Source of the DNA: Podarcis cretensis | Taxonomy: Eukaryota | Assembly: GCA_951804945.1 (NCBI GenBank) | Contig: OX638149.1 | Coordinates: 94,736,001-94,800,000, forward strand | DNA length: 64,000 bases | Direction: 5' to 3' | In this document: in pieces, positions 23,302-37,085 of the stretch | Layout of the letters: each line of letters opens with the position of its first letter | Numbering within the stretch: the first letter of the stretch is position 1 | Notes under the pieces: generated by a model | Database searches by the model: none | Seen by the model: the letters and a program-made list of their open reading frames with translations, nothing else | Told to the model about the DNA's origin: nothing | Position numbers and translations under genes: made by a program

Positions 23302-26300
23302 TAATATTAATAGGTTTACAGATACTCATATCCTTTTTGGTATTAAGGTGTTCAGCAGGAAACACATAGTGGATATGTAGAACATCCATCCAGCCACGTA
23401 ATGTCTGAATTGGCCCTGAATTCAGTGAGCAAAGTAAACTTGAGTGAAAGTTCCACAGAACATTAAAAAGTCCCCTCAAAAAGCTACTAGGGCTTTCTCT
23501 GAATATTTTGCAACTGTTCTTAAATGACAGCATCAATGCCTTGGTTTGTACAGACTTCAGATAATGGAAGAATCTTGATATATTTTCAACCCACATCCAC
23601 AACAAACTGTTTCTGGTCTAACCTGAAACCAGAAGTAGGCTAAACACATATAAGCTAGTTACAATATTTCAAGACCTATTTAAATGACATAGACCTTGAA
23701 CTCCTGCAGTAAATTTCTGCTCAGAAGCCCAATGAAGAGTAACAAGACATGCTGTACCATTACCAGTACAACATGCAATGTCATAAGAAGGTGAGTTTCT
23801 TCCATTCTGAACACCATGATCCTTTTTATTACCCTTCTCAAGCTCTAATCAAGAAGAAGTTTGCAAAGGTTTACAAAATATATATCCCCAAGTGCATGAG
23901 AGTTTTTGTCTTGCTTGCAATGCTGACTTTATAATCACATGGTTACACTAAAAAATTCAGTTGCCAACCCTTTTAAGGTCTGCTTTTATTGGCATTTTAT
24001 CTTGTATCATTTTGTGTAAGCTGCTTATATTTTTTATGATGCTATATATTAATAATGATAAATAAAGAAATCTACCATGGATATAAAGTTAATCCCAGAT
24101 GACATGTGCATTGCCTCTAACCTATTGTGGTTTTCAGTTCTTGGGATTTCCTACCTTAACCCATGAATCTGAAAACTTGCCCAATTGGGACTAGTAACAC
24201 CTAGGACTCTTCTTACAAAATAATAAATGTCTTCATTCAATAGTTATGCTCATTGCTCAATGTTTGGAAATCACACAAATTATTGCAAACACATTGTCAT
24301 CAACGAGTCTTAAGTATCCATTAAAGTTTTCAATCAAATTCCAGATTCAATATGACACCAGAAATGGCACACAATAAAATCATGGCATGCTTGATAACAA
24401 CAAAATATGGTAAAGGGCTATTTACCTATTTTCTAACATGGCTCCCAATGCTTAATAATGCCTGGTCTAGAATCCTAGATGACTTAGATTAACATCATCA
24501 TTCAACTCAAAAGGGGAATTAACTCTATCTCATTCAAAATCATCCATGCATTGAAAGAGAGAGGATCAAATGCATGCTTCAACTTGCAGCATAAGCTGTC
24601 ATATTTTGTCTCAACATCTGGCATTGCTTAAGTTTCTTCTTCCATATGTAAGCAGTGCTAATAAATCACTGCTTTGGGAGTTCACATTTGAAGAATGCCA
24701 CTACTGAGATCTTCCCCCAAGCAATCCAAAGTAGCAGAGGAAAAATTTCAGCAATGTCTTTAACAAAATCCCTCAAAATCAGAACATTATTGAATTATTA
24801 GTCAACACTGTATCTAAGTAGCCTGACTCTACCTCATCTTTAACTGTGTGCTTTAGGACTTCATCCCATGGAACTCTTAGCTCTGTTTCCCTTTCATCGC
24901 AAATGGAAGTAAATTTTGCTGCCTTGATTTATCCATCTATTTTAGGTAATGAGTCCATAGGCTAGCAACATTCATGGAAAACAGATCTATTAGCCACAAT
25001 GGCTATTTGGAACACCCATGTTTAGGGGTTGCTTGTCTGAAACCTGAAAGAACATGCTCAGGAGGCATACCTTTGCCACCACAACTCTTCCTGGCAGCCG
25101 CTATCTCACCCAACCCACCCAGCCCCTGAATGAGGACATGGGTACACAGAAATCTTTCTAACAGAAACAGCACACATCATGTAGTGTCACCCTGATGAAC
25201 CTTTAGAGGAACAAATGGCAGCTGTTTGTGGAGGGATGTCTCCCATTTCACCGCCCACAGGTGGAGCAGCAAAGTAGGAGGGCATTTCATCTCAATCATA
25301 ACTCATAAACAATATTTTTAACAATTTAGATTTTAAAACCATGGGCCTTAAGTATTTTTTTTTAAAAAAAACCCACAGATCATATATTCTAAAAAGTTTT
25401 CAACCACCATCTAAAAATGCAACTGTTTTTCAAAGGAAGGAAAATTAGCCATCAAGAAGGCTCTGCCTCTTGTTGCTCCTAGCCTGATCACACAATAGGA
25501 CAAAAACCATAGCCTTCAATGGCAATCAGGAAGGCCAGTCACAATTTGTGTACTTATCAAAACATAATTGCTCTGAAATATGCTTAGGGAGAATGCATTA
25601 CCCAGAAAAGCCCACTGCTAAAAACCTTACTCTACCCACAGGGAGTCTGGCTACTTCCACTGCGAGAAACAGAGTCAAGAAAAACTCTCTGGGATAGCCT
25701 CAAATGACTTTTATAATCTTAATTACTGGTCCCTCCGTGCTCTATTTTACCTGGCTCATCTATTGCAGTACCTTATTCAAGTAGCTTAATGTGAAGGGAA
25801 CATCCTATGCTCTCACCTCATGGCTTTTCACTCTCATCTCATATAAAGTAACAGAAACTCCACATCATTAACCAAGGTAACAGATGAATGAACTGACAAA
25901 ATGCAGGAGAATGGCAACAGCAGAGGAAAAATAGGTCTGTTTGGAAAGCCCCTGAAGCCAAAGCAATGAACCACCACTGTGGAAGCTGTGGCTTTTCCAA
26001 TAAATACAAAAATTACTCCAAGGATGAGTGGAGAAGCTCCAACTAAGCCAACATTTATAGTACTCCCAACAGTGAAGTATTTATGAGCTATCTACAAAAG
26101 ACATGGTCTGTTAGCAGAAAAGCAGACAGCAGCTGCAAATCATATTGTTGACTATCATCTTATTGTTTTCCAGGTTTCCTTACAAGAAACTGGTAGGGCT
26201 CTTGCACAGAAGTTGATTCTACCATTAGCCACCATGGCACATTAATCTGAACACAGCAAAAACATCTATTTCAGTATTCTATTAAAAGTGGCTGCACAAG

Positions 26301-26854
26301 CTTTGAATTGTTTGTCCTAAGACAAAACGACATTTTAGAACTATAGTACTTTTCTGTCCTCGCAAATAAAGGAGATAGCAAAAATGTTCCGGAAAATGTA
26401 TCCATAGGATCATTATTACAATGGAGTTAGCTGGAGATTTGGAATTGGTGTAATCCAGATTCTCTTATATTATTCAGCAATTAGAAAGAGATTCTTAACA
26501 AATGGTAATTATGTACAAGAAAACATAGCTATGATGATCGGCAAAGCTCAAGTCTCCAAGCAAGTGCTAGTTCTGACATCCTTTTCCTGTTCACAATTAG
26601 CTTTGCTCCATTGTTCTCTATATTGTCTTCCAGGTACACAATCCCACTTTCCATTGCCAACATCATCTCATCCAACACCTTCCTTAGGCTTTCATCACCT
26701 CTAACCTTTCTTTTCTTACCTTCTTTACTTGGCTCAGCAGCTGACCCTACCACAGATGCATTCGCCTTGGCCACTCCTTCCTCTACACTTAAATTTTCTA
26801 CTTCCTCCAACTTTCCTTCCCTGGCTACTTTACAGTCAGCTATCTTCATAATTA

Positions 26855-27217
26855 GGACGCAGGTGGCGCTGTGGGTTAAAGCCTCAGCGCCTAGGGCTTG
26901 CCGATCGAAAGGTCGGCGGTTCGAATCCCTGCGGCGGGGTGCGCTCCCGCTGCTCGGTCCCAGCGCCTGCCAACCTAGCAGTTCGAAAGCACCTCCGGGT
27001 GCAAGTAGATAAATAGGGACCGCTTACCAGCGGGAAGGTAAACGGCATTTCCGTGTGCGGCTCTGGCTCGCCAGAGCAGCAATGTCACGCTGGCCACGTG
27101 ACCCGGAAGTGTCTCCGGACAGCGCTGGCCCCTGGCCTCTTAAGTGAGATGGGCGCACAACCCCAGAGTCTGTCAAGACTGGCCCGTACGGGCAGGGGTA
27201 CCTTTACCTTTACCTTT
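26855..27217 (+). mobile_element. Full-length young Sauria SINE (copy C), inverted relative to A and B
   Basis: About 4 substitutions from copy A; intact A and B boxes; (ACCTTT)3 tail; TSD tatcttcataatta / tatcttcagaatta. Confidence 0.95.
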
Positions 27218-29529
27218 TATCTTCAGAATTACAACAGATGGCAATTGGTTGCATACAAATACAATAAAAATACAATACATTGGCCACAATGCTTGTCTGG
27301 GGTTTGCCCCGGAGGAGGATGCACCCAATGGTTTCAGGGCCCAAAGTCATGTGTCATCACCGCATGCAAGTAGGAGTCAGATGTGATATATTGACTCAAC
27401 TAAATATACAGTATTACATAAGTGCTATTTAGCAAAACTGAAATGAATATGCATGAATAGATGTGTGGGATTCCACTAATGAGTCCCATCAGAAGCCCTG
27501 CCCCAGGACATCTGCTTGCACAACTGTCTTCCTGTTTCCTTCTGCGAAAAATTATATTGGGAGGTTCCAGAGAACCCCCAGAGCAGCACACAGGGGGAGG
27601 AGAGGAGATCTTGGGCAGGTCACCATTATCTCAGCCTAACTTACCTCACAGGCTATAATGAAGTTAAAATGAGATACTCTCCCCAGGCATGACAACTTGT
27701 CTGCTTGCTGGAAAAATAGGGTACAAATCTGATAAAAGAAATAAATCTTGCTGTTCAATGTCACTACTGATGTAAGACAACTCATGACACTCCACTTGAG
27801 AGGTGTGCAGTTTTAGATATTAAAGCACTCAGGTACCACTTTAAAAATACTTCTCATACAATTGTGCCCTGCAAATTAAAAACACTTGTTTTATTTTATA
27901 TGGAAGGGCAAAAAGTTAGAATTTCCTGAAACAGAAGGCAAATAGAGAAATCCTATTTTTTCCAAAGGTGTATAGGATCTTTTTACCTCTCATGTTCTCA
28001 CATTTCTACAGTTATCCTGCACAGTGACTGCTGTAGAATCAAGTGTTATATATAATATTAAAAGGCACAGGACTTCAATTGTTCGCAAATAGAGCTTGCT
28101 TGGACTTGCTTGGACACAGAATTGTGTCCCTTCAGAATACCAGATTTTTCAGAATTGAGTTGCAAGAAGGTTGTTGGAGGGAAATGCATTTCTTCATAAT
28201 GGACACATAGATGCAAGACATTAAAAAATGCTCTTTTGTGTTTTTAGCAGAAGTCTCAGATGGAATTATAGCAAAAGGTTACTTTTTGGTAAACTGTCAT
28301 GATAAATCATTACACTGCAGGCAACATCTATCTTCCTTTTTAAGCATTACAGAGCTCTTTGCAGTATGTCATTTATTTATGCAATCCATTGAACAGGTGG
28401 AACATTTATACTATCCTTTGACCAACCCTGAAAAGAAAGTAGGGCTGAGCAAAATCTGTGCCTATATTTCTGCAGCATTTCCCACTTTGTGTCTCCAGCT
28501 AGCTGCTGGATTCTCCCCCATTAAAAAGCAATTGTGCAAACTGGTGTGCAACATCGCGTGATACCAGGTCATAAGAGTTATTGACTAGCTATGTCAATTG
28601 TCTATGGGAACGCACATTGGAATACTTTGCCCATTCAGAGAAGGGCAAAGGTGTCAGACATTAGACTAAGAATGCCTTTAACCAAAATTAACCTGTGAAT
28701 TACTGGAGAATATATACCAGGCATTAGAAATTTATAATGCTTAAATGTGGATGACAAAAATTGCATGCCTGCACTATCTTATGACATATTTAAATTTGTG
28801 AAATAAAGTAGCATTAGTTCCAAGTGAAACTTGAGGAGCTGCCCAGGGCACCTGCAATTTTCCACACATATTTTCTATGAAATTTCTAAAAGAATGTTTG
28901 CGGGTTAGGTCCTTCAGTACAAGCTATTTCCATGCATCAGCACAGCAAATAATCCAGGAACTACTTTCAGTGCTTATCAAATCAGTTCAGGAATCTGTCC
29001 GGAAAATTATGATATGATCAAGTATTCATTTCAGGAAAAGCCTCTGGCACAGGAAGAGAGATTATTGAAGAACAACAGCAGGTTTGTGTTGCAAAACCCA
29101 CTAGGACAAAATATAAATAAAAAATCACCAGAAGCAACTCAAGAAAGAAACTAATAAGCTGTTGTGTTATGCTGTAAAATTGGGGTTCTTCTGTCCCTTT
29201 TTAGAATGGATAGTTTAATCACAATGTCCCTGTTGAAATGTTGTTAGGTTTAAATTTAAAAAATATCTTTACTAAAGAGCAAATAAATTTTGCAAGATTT
29301 CAAGCTTTACAAAGTTCTTCAGTAGGCATAAAGATCTTGAGCTCCTAGTGTAACATGGTGGCTAAGACTGCTGTATGAACCAAAGGTTTCCCCAGTTAAA
29401 TCTCATCTTGCCATGGACTCTGCTGGTGGCTTTTGATAAGCTGTCATCTCTTAGTCTGTGACATGAGGTTGGCAATTTAGCATTTACAGGCAATTTAGTA
29501 TTTACAGGCAACCCAGGGTATTTACAGGC

Positions 29530-29760
29530 AACTCTCAGGGTGGCTCAAAACAAGAAAGGCAATGTTTTACAACAATAAAAGCATGTATACAGCATTTGCA
29601 GTGCATAAAAATGACTTAAAGCTAAGACATAAGAAAAGACCTAGGGAAATAAATAGGCCTTTGCCTGGAACCAAATAACAGCAAGATTCACATCAATGAG
29701 CCTCTCTAGGGAGAGTATTCCACAGCCAGGGTGCCATCACTGAAGTTATGCACCTCATAG
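29530..29760 (-). mobile_element. Old L2 3' fragment
   Basis: Minus strand FSDGTLAVEYS, a frameshifted form of FSVMAPWLWNTLP, plus a decayed tail. Confidence 0.5.
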
Positions 29761-31951
29761 CCACCTGCTGCATCACAACCAATGAGGGTGCATATTGAAG
29801 AGTCGTCCAAAGAGGTGCTGTTCTCTGTACAATCAGGGTTCTCTGCCTATGTAGCTACTAAAACAAACTACAGATCACACCTCAATGCAGAGCCAGATAT
29901 TTGGTTGCAGCTGTCCCAAATTTAACCAGTGATAGCCACATTGTGCAAATCAAAACAGTCCCATACCTCTCATTAGAATCTAAGTTCCCAAGCTATGCTT
30001 TATCGTTCTTTTTCGATGCCAAGTGACATTTTTGGTTTTGCAACTGTAAAAAAAAAGTTTTAACTAGCATATATATGTAACATATTGTTGATTTACAATA
30101 CCTGCTTTGAATTTGTTCTCAAATGTTTTGCCTTACTCTATGTTTTTTGTTATTGTTTTTTGTTTATGTAGTTAAGTAAGTTCCTTATTTCTCTGAAATA
30201 AGTGGGGAAAGCAACATTTTGAATGAAGTGAAACCCTGATGTTTAACATGCCCAAATGCTTAAAAGTACCCTCCATCATCAATACTACTATCATTCGGTT
30301 CAGTGCCTATGTAGGTGCTAGGTGAAATATTTTGAGAAAACAATATTTAACTTCCATTTTTAATGACTTTCAATGGGGAAAAATAAGTTTGGATCAAAAT
30401 TTTGCTATATGATAAAACATCAACTAACAACTCTGTGACTTTAAAAGTTTGGGAACTGCTGTTGTACACAGGTTGCATTTAAAGCACAGCTGAAGCATGC
30501 CTTCTCTCAAAGTGCTTAGTGGATCCCTATAGTGGGCCTGCTATAAGCCTGTCCCATAATACTGGTTCTCTTGCAACATCTGTTGGTGTCCTATAAGAAC
30601 ATTAAGGTGAGGATTGCAGTATGTTTTAAGTGCATTGAGAAATCGTTTACTAGTGGGTCTGGTAACCCAGCTCTTTGCATTTGTGCAGCCCAGACAGGCA
30701 CACTAATTATTTGACAGGGCTATATACCAGATTTCATACTCATTAGAATTTTTCTGTTTTTCCTATGCAGGAATCAAAAATGTCTCAGAGTTGTATAAAT
30801 GAGACAATGGTTCCTTAAAGTACCCCCTCTCCAGAAAATTATAATTAAACTAAGAAAACTTATAAATAAATGAATGCTGAAAGAATTTTAAACTGGAAAA
30901 AAGAACCATGTTCATCATCTTCATACCTCCTCATACAACCAGGCTACTGTCTTTCTCCTGAGACATGGCAGAGACAACATGCAGCCCTAATATCAGGCAC
31001 AGGTTCAGAGCAGTGTAAGGTTTCCCATTTCCTGATACACTTCAAAAGAATGCCTGTATTGCAAAGATAGCTTTGTTCTGGTTAGCATCAAGTTCTCAAC
31101 AGCCTACTGATTTAGAGGGAGTTAAAGCTATCAGCCATGCCAGAGAGCACAAACATAGATCAGCATGCCTCTATTTCCAATGTTCAGCTGCGTGTGCCGT
31201 TGTTTGTGTAGCCAACAAAACACAACCCACAAGCAAGAAGAAGGTACCGTCAAGCTTCAGGGCACATCAAGGTTTTCAAAAGTACAAAAACCTTTAGGAA
31301 AAATAACTAATAGTGATCTCAGTTCTAATAGTGATCTCACTTTGCCGAGTGGTGATGACTGGGAACAGAACACCGATGGACCATTAAGGGAGAAAATAGA
31401 AAACTTTGTAGCAAGCTGCACTTGTAAATTCTAAAGAATGGTGCCTTTTCACAGGCCCATTCTAAAGCGATATTACACACAAACAAACAAAAATTCTTCT
31501 GCTGATTTAAAGACTCTTCCAAAATGCTTTACCTGGAATATAGTCAGAGTATCAGACCCAGCTCTCGCTTCTAGACACTATGGACTAGTGGTCATTTTCT
31601 TAGCTTTTTTTTTTTTTTTTTTTTTTGCAGTACTTCCCTTGAAACTACAAGGTTTAAATTTCTCTTTCCTCGGACAGAATGCACATTGTCTATACAGTAA
31701 TCTTTTAAAAATCCACTAGAGTTGCAATTTCTATTGGGCATTGGTCTGCTGCCCACTCAAAGCTGGAAGCAAGCAGTCAGATTTATTTTAAAAAAAATTT
31801 TTTTTAGTTGTCTGCAACCAGTCCTTTTAAAAAGGACCCGTCATTGTGAGGTAGCAGTACCAGTAAAACAGTGGCTAGCTGGCATCCCTACATGTAATGC
31901 TCCTATAAAGCCAAACCTATTACTGACAAGAGTAGTTTAAAGAAGATGATA

Positions 31952-32204
31952 CAGCTGATACCTTGGTTTAAGAACAGCTTAGTTTAGGAACAACTTGGAT
32001 TAAGAACGCTGCAAACCCCGAAGTAGGTGTTTTGGTTCGTGAACTTTGCCTTGGAAGCAGAACATGTTCCGCTTCCTGTTGAGTGTTTTCCATTTGTAAA
32101 CTGAGTCCCCCGCTGCTATGGAAAAGCACACCTTGGTTTAAGAACGCTTTGGTTTAAGAACGGACTTCCAGAATGGATTAAGTTCGTAAACAAAGGTACC
32201 ACTG
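31952..32204. mobile_element. Tc1/mariner MITE related to 23060-23301
   Basis: ta-CAGCTGATACCTTGGTTTA...AAAGGTACCACTG-ta ends; repeated ggtttaagaac; shared cggac..ccagaa..attaagt 3' segment. Confidence 0.8.
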
Positions 32205-35130
32205 TACTGGACTTCCATAAGGCAATTTACCATGGTTCTGTCATCTAAAATATCAGCAATAAGAATTTCCCAATATCAAGGAAGCAGACAGGCCATAGCT
32301 AAAAACCTTGTGTCTCTTGTGGAGGTCATTTTTGCACTTTCATATGCACTGATCTAATTTGTATGTAACACTAAACTGTGGTTTAGCATTACATGCATGA
32401 GCCTCAGGGTCATGGGCTCCCCCCTTCCTTATTCTGCACAGTTACAAAGAGCTCAGAAGCATATTATTATTATTTATTAAATTTCTATACCACCCTTCAT
32501 CCTAGGATCACAGGACAGTTTACAATATAGAAACACAAAAATAACATAGTAACAAATGAAAACAATAACTCCCCCCCCCAAGGGGCCAGGATTTAGGGAA
32601 AGACAACATCATGTTCTACATGGAATAAAACAAAACATTTCCTTTTATTGTTAGTAAATTCATAGAGAAATTTCTTAAAGAAGAAAAAGACACACTACAC
32701 ATCTTGCTTTAAAAAGAAACTATCCATGTTATCAGAAAGATTGTAGGTTTTTCCTTTTATTAAAAGATACACAGTATTTTGATCTTCACCTCTACTTCAG
32801 TTGCCCTGGATTTATGAGGTCACTTTCTTTAACTTCTGCATTTTTCTTCTCTTTCAAGTTCTACTTCCATGCAAATTATTTTGTCATATACTGTGCACTG
32901 GGAAAAATAACAGAGATCTGATTCTGTGGGATTTTTATCAGGTTTTTTAAAAGGAGAATATAAGATCTTTACAATATCAACTTTATATCCTGCCTTGGAG
33001 TCTCAAAATGTTTGTTCTTTCTGATAACATAAATTCCAGTACGGAAGAGTTCTTTGAAGAAAATCTCCTGTCTAGCCATTTTTGTTTTAGCCCAAGTAGA
33101 GTTTAATATTTATATTGTGTGATTAAGCCAAGTATCAGTAAGCATCCATCAAAGCATCTGCTCCTTATTTTTCTGATAGAAAACTTTATATAGCTATAGG
33201 TACCGTAACAGCTGCACTTCAGTAAATGCTATCAATCAAATTAAAAACAAACTTGGTCAAATGTGGCAATCCCAAGTCAAAATCCCACCTTAGACATAGT
33301 CACACCTGGTCTTTCTATACAGGCAGAGTAAGCAAACAGAATACAGAGAGCAAGTTATGTTTTTTAAAAAATTCTCCACATAAACAGAAATCCAATACAG
33401 CAAGCAAAGATCTGGACTTGAAGCCTTTGTGCTGATCTACTGCAGATCCCATCTGCATTATACATTTGAAGCATTATTAGACCACTTTAAGTAGTCAAAG
33501 ATATCTAACCTTGCTCAAGAGATAGCAAGGGCTTCCAAACAATGGAGCTAGTGGAAAATCCCCCCCCCCCGCAATTTTAAGTAATTTCCTCCTCCCATTT
33601 TGAGCACTGGATGACACAATGTTTGGTAGGTCCCTCCCCACACAACCATATGAAGAGGTGTTTGTGGGGAATTCAGGAAGCTGCAGAAGGGGGAAGGACG
33701 AAAATCCACTTCATGAGCTTGCCTTCTATTTGCACAGCTCTGGATACAACCCAGTGTTTAATGGACTTACTGTTTTAAAATTCTTAGCAGCCCTGATAAG
33801 TTTTACCCAAAGAACAGCAATCATCAAATAAATAAAAGTAAATATGGAAAACCCCAGACCTCCATTCAATAAAATGGAAACAAAATATTTGGAAGACATT
33901 CCGTTAATGTCAAATGGGTCTAATTTCCACATACTTATCAGAGGAGTGACTCCAATAGGCCATTGTACAAGCGAAACAACTTCCACTCACAAAGCAGAAC
34001 AGGCTGGGGAACTCCTACAGCTGATGGGGGGTGTATAGGGGCATATAGAGGGTAGGAAAGGAACTTGGGTTGTGCTGGTGAAAGTCACTGGGCTCCTGCA
34101 ATGATCTGGTTGGATACAACACAGTTTGAGCTAGTATTTTAGCAAGAAATAACAGCTGCAGCTTGCTTGAAAAGCAAAGTGTTGGTGGAAATTGTCCCCG
34201 TCCCCCCGAAATTAGAATATATTTTATTCAGACTTTCTGAAACATAATTCTGGACTAGATACTATTCTTAAAGACTTGCTCTTTGTCTTCAAGTGTAGAA
34301 GCATCTGTGGCAAACTGAAACAGGGGACATTTATTAACAGTAGTACCTGCCAAAGTATAGCCCAGGTGAAATGCATGCAACTAGAGCTCTTAGTTGAAAT
34401 ATATACCCCATTCAAGTGGTCCACAGCCAGTTATTAAAAGGGACTTCTCTGTTGTTGCTGCTGCAATATTGAAAGAGATGTTGTTTTGAACAGCACATAC
34501 ACAGTGTTATGTCTTGGACAATTTAGGATACAAAGGTGTGATTGCAAAACCTACTGAAACAAAAAAATCCAAAATGTAAAATAATGACTCCATCTTTACA
34601 TATCATGAACAGGTAGTGTAACTTTTATAGGGAATATCATCAGTGGGAAAAGCTGCATTGCTAGTAGTTTCAGACAGGTATTTTAAAACAAATTTAAGTT
34701 GGCCTCTGATTAGCCATGAAGTTCACCGGATAACACTAGATCAGTCACTGTCTGAACCTACATGTTTTCAGTCTACAAAAGCAGAGAATGAAACTTGTAT
34801 AGTAGTAAATTACCCATGATGACAAACCCTCATATGGCAAAATATGCTGGTACATATATTTCCAAAGAACAGGAATGCAAAGCATAATACTCAGTGTTAG
34901 GATCAGCTGACAGTTACACGTGTGCAAACAGTAGTGTAGTAGTTATCACTCTGGACTCTAGCTAGGAATGGCTGTTTTCCAATTTCTCAAGTGAACAACA
35001 CTGGTGAACAGTACTCCTGCTGAGTACTTTTTTCCTGCTGTGAACATGTCCCTCCATGTTCCTGAGTTCAACATGGGATACTTTCTTGTCCCCCTTTCCC
35101 CCAAGCACCCACCCAGAAAGCTTGCCTTAC

Positions 35131-35295
35131 CTTTCCTTCAAACCTGGCCGTGCTTCCAAGTGACACCCGGATATTCCTTGGAGGTAAAGTAAATGCCGGT
35201 GCTTCTGTTGTAGCAGGAGACTTTAGAGAGGAGTGGTCCAGGGTCAATGTGGCTTTGGAGATCCTAGTAGTCGTTACCAGTTTCACATCCCCCAT
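35131..35295 (-). CDS. MYLK: MYLK first coding exon (165 coding nt; exon probably starts at 35303 with 8 nt of 5'UTR)
   Basis: Translates MGDVKLVTTTRISKATLTLDHSSLKSPATTEAPAFTLPPRNIRVSLGSTARFEGK, matching the long MLCK N-terminus (human MGDVKLV...EAPAFILPPRN). Strong Kozak context AACATGG; acceptor ttccttgtttttcatctgcttttaaag; donor AAG|gtaagg. Confidence 0.96.
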
Positions 35296-37022
35296 GTTAA
35301 GAGCTTTAAAAGCAGATGAAAAACAAGGAAGTACAAATGCCAGTTATTACTTCTATAGGGACACTGTCAAACCGCAGAGAAAATTAAATAAAATACCCAA
35401 GTCTTATTTATTTCAGAGGGAGAAGCAAGTAGGATGAAAGCTGAAAACAGGCAATTGTTTCTCAGAACCCTGAAGTGTTAAATCTCTTTCATCCAAATCA
35501 GTGCAAATTAAACGTGCTCAGGATTATGCCCAATAAGAAGACATTAAACCTATAGGAAAAGGACACCATTGCTCTGGAAACCCCTTGCCTGCAAGAACAA
35601 TGAGATTTTTCAAAAAAGAAACCGAACACATAAAATAATTGATCCCTCCTTGTGTGTGAAAAACTGAAGGAATAACCAAGCTAAAGCAACTATAAAATAA
35701 TAACCACAAGAGTTTAATGGGAAAGGGGTGGAGGGGAATCCAGCAACCTGAAAACTACTTGCATCAGTAATAAATAAATACAATCGTCTAGACGAAAAGT
35801 GTGGTTTTAAAAATGGACTGTCTCCATTTATATGGCTTTTCCAGGACAGGACAGACAAGAATTAACTGTACTATAAACAATTTTGCAACAGCAAGCCTCA
35901 CAATGGGGAAGGGAAATGAACCAAAAGCCTAGAATTATGCCTACAGTAGTTGTGCCTTTTCTTTTCACTGATTATACAAACTGATTTCACAAAATGTGAT
36001 GGCAAATCATCAGGGAAGGAGTTTCAGAAACAACTATGCAGCTGCATTTGGAAAGCTGGAGATTATTTTTTTGCTGTGATTTTTAATGTCTGCTAGATCA
36101 AAGTCATAGTGATTCCATACCAGCCACTGAATCCCCTTATAAATCTCCACACAATCAAATACAGTTTTTGCCTTGCTGTGGCACCACTCGTCACCAATAT
36201 GAATTCTAGACCCCACTGAACCTTGCTCTGACTTGCTTTTTATTCTTGTTGCTCTCAGTCTCATTCAGTCCCTATATCTACTTGTTGGTCCCTCAAGTAT
36301 CTTGCAGCAGCTATTTCCAAATTTTAGTAATGCAGTTCTTAAATCCTGCAATGACTTCAAGGCTCTCTTGCTTTTTGCAAGCAGGGGAATCTAGGCCTAC
36401 TAGAAGAACAGCTGCTAAAATATTTTTTGATAAAGATTTTCTCCACAGTAAGAGCAGGAGGAATCTCTTTTAAAAAATGAAAACAGAGGTTAAAATGTTT
36501 AAAACATGCAATACCACACAAATTAAGCTTTTTGGCCACCTGGGTAACTAAGCAGCTGGATATCTACCGGTACATGCCAGCAAAGCAGACACACCAATAG
36601 AACTTCCTTTTTATATTCAGGTATGTAATGGCCACTAGCAACTTGCCTCTAGCAACTTCTTTCATGATTCTCAGAGTGGATTAACAATCACTCCCTCTTC
36701 ACAAGGAATCTGGGAACTGTAGCTCTGTGAAGGGGATAGCGGCCGCAGCACCATTAACAAACTTCAATTCCCAGAATTCTTTGGTGGAAACCATAACTTT
36801 TTAAAAATGGTATCAGTGTTTTAAATATATGTGTGAATGTGGCCTTATCCAGGTGACACCGGGTGTACTGAACGTCAACATCAAGGATGGGGGCCAAATC
36901 TAGCCCCCTGAGGCCTCTCTACCTAGCCCTCAGAGCTCTCCCAAGGCTACCACCCCCTCAAGCCCTGCCTTGTTCCAGTGTGTTTTTGCCTAACTCAAAT
37001 GTGTCCTTGAACTTTGATAACT

Positions 37023-37045
37023 CTGCTTGCTTGCTTGCCTGCTTG

Positions 37046-37077
<32 letters not shown>

Positions 37078-37085
37078 CTTGCTTG
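37023..37085 (+). repeat. (CTTG)/(CCTG)n tetranucleotide repeat inside a probable hAT-type remnant (about 36880-37240)
   Basis: ctgcttgcttgcttgcctgcttgcctgcctgcctg...; explains the LPAC-repeat ORFs in the track. Confidence 0.85.

Noticed and set aside
26529-26849. 106-aa Glu/Lys-rich minus-strand ORF
   Set aside because: No recognisable domain, and it does not fit the complete MYLK exon chain. It may be a decayed LINE ORF1, but I cannot support that without a search.
16976-27373. Recurring ORFs such as MCGSGSPEQ... and ...TQVALWVKASAPRAC...
   Set aside because: Chance frames through GC-rich Sauria SINE copies.
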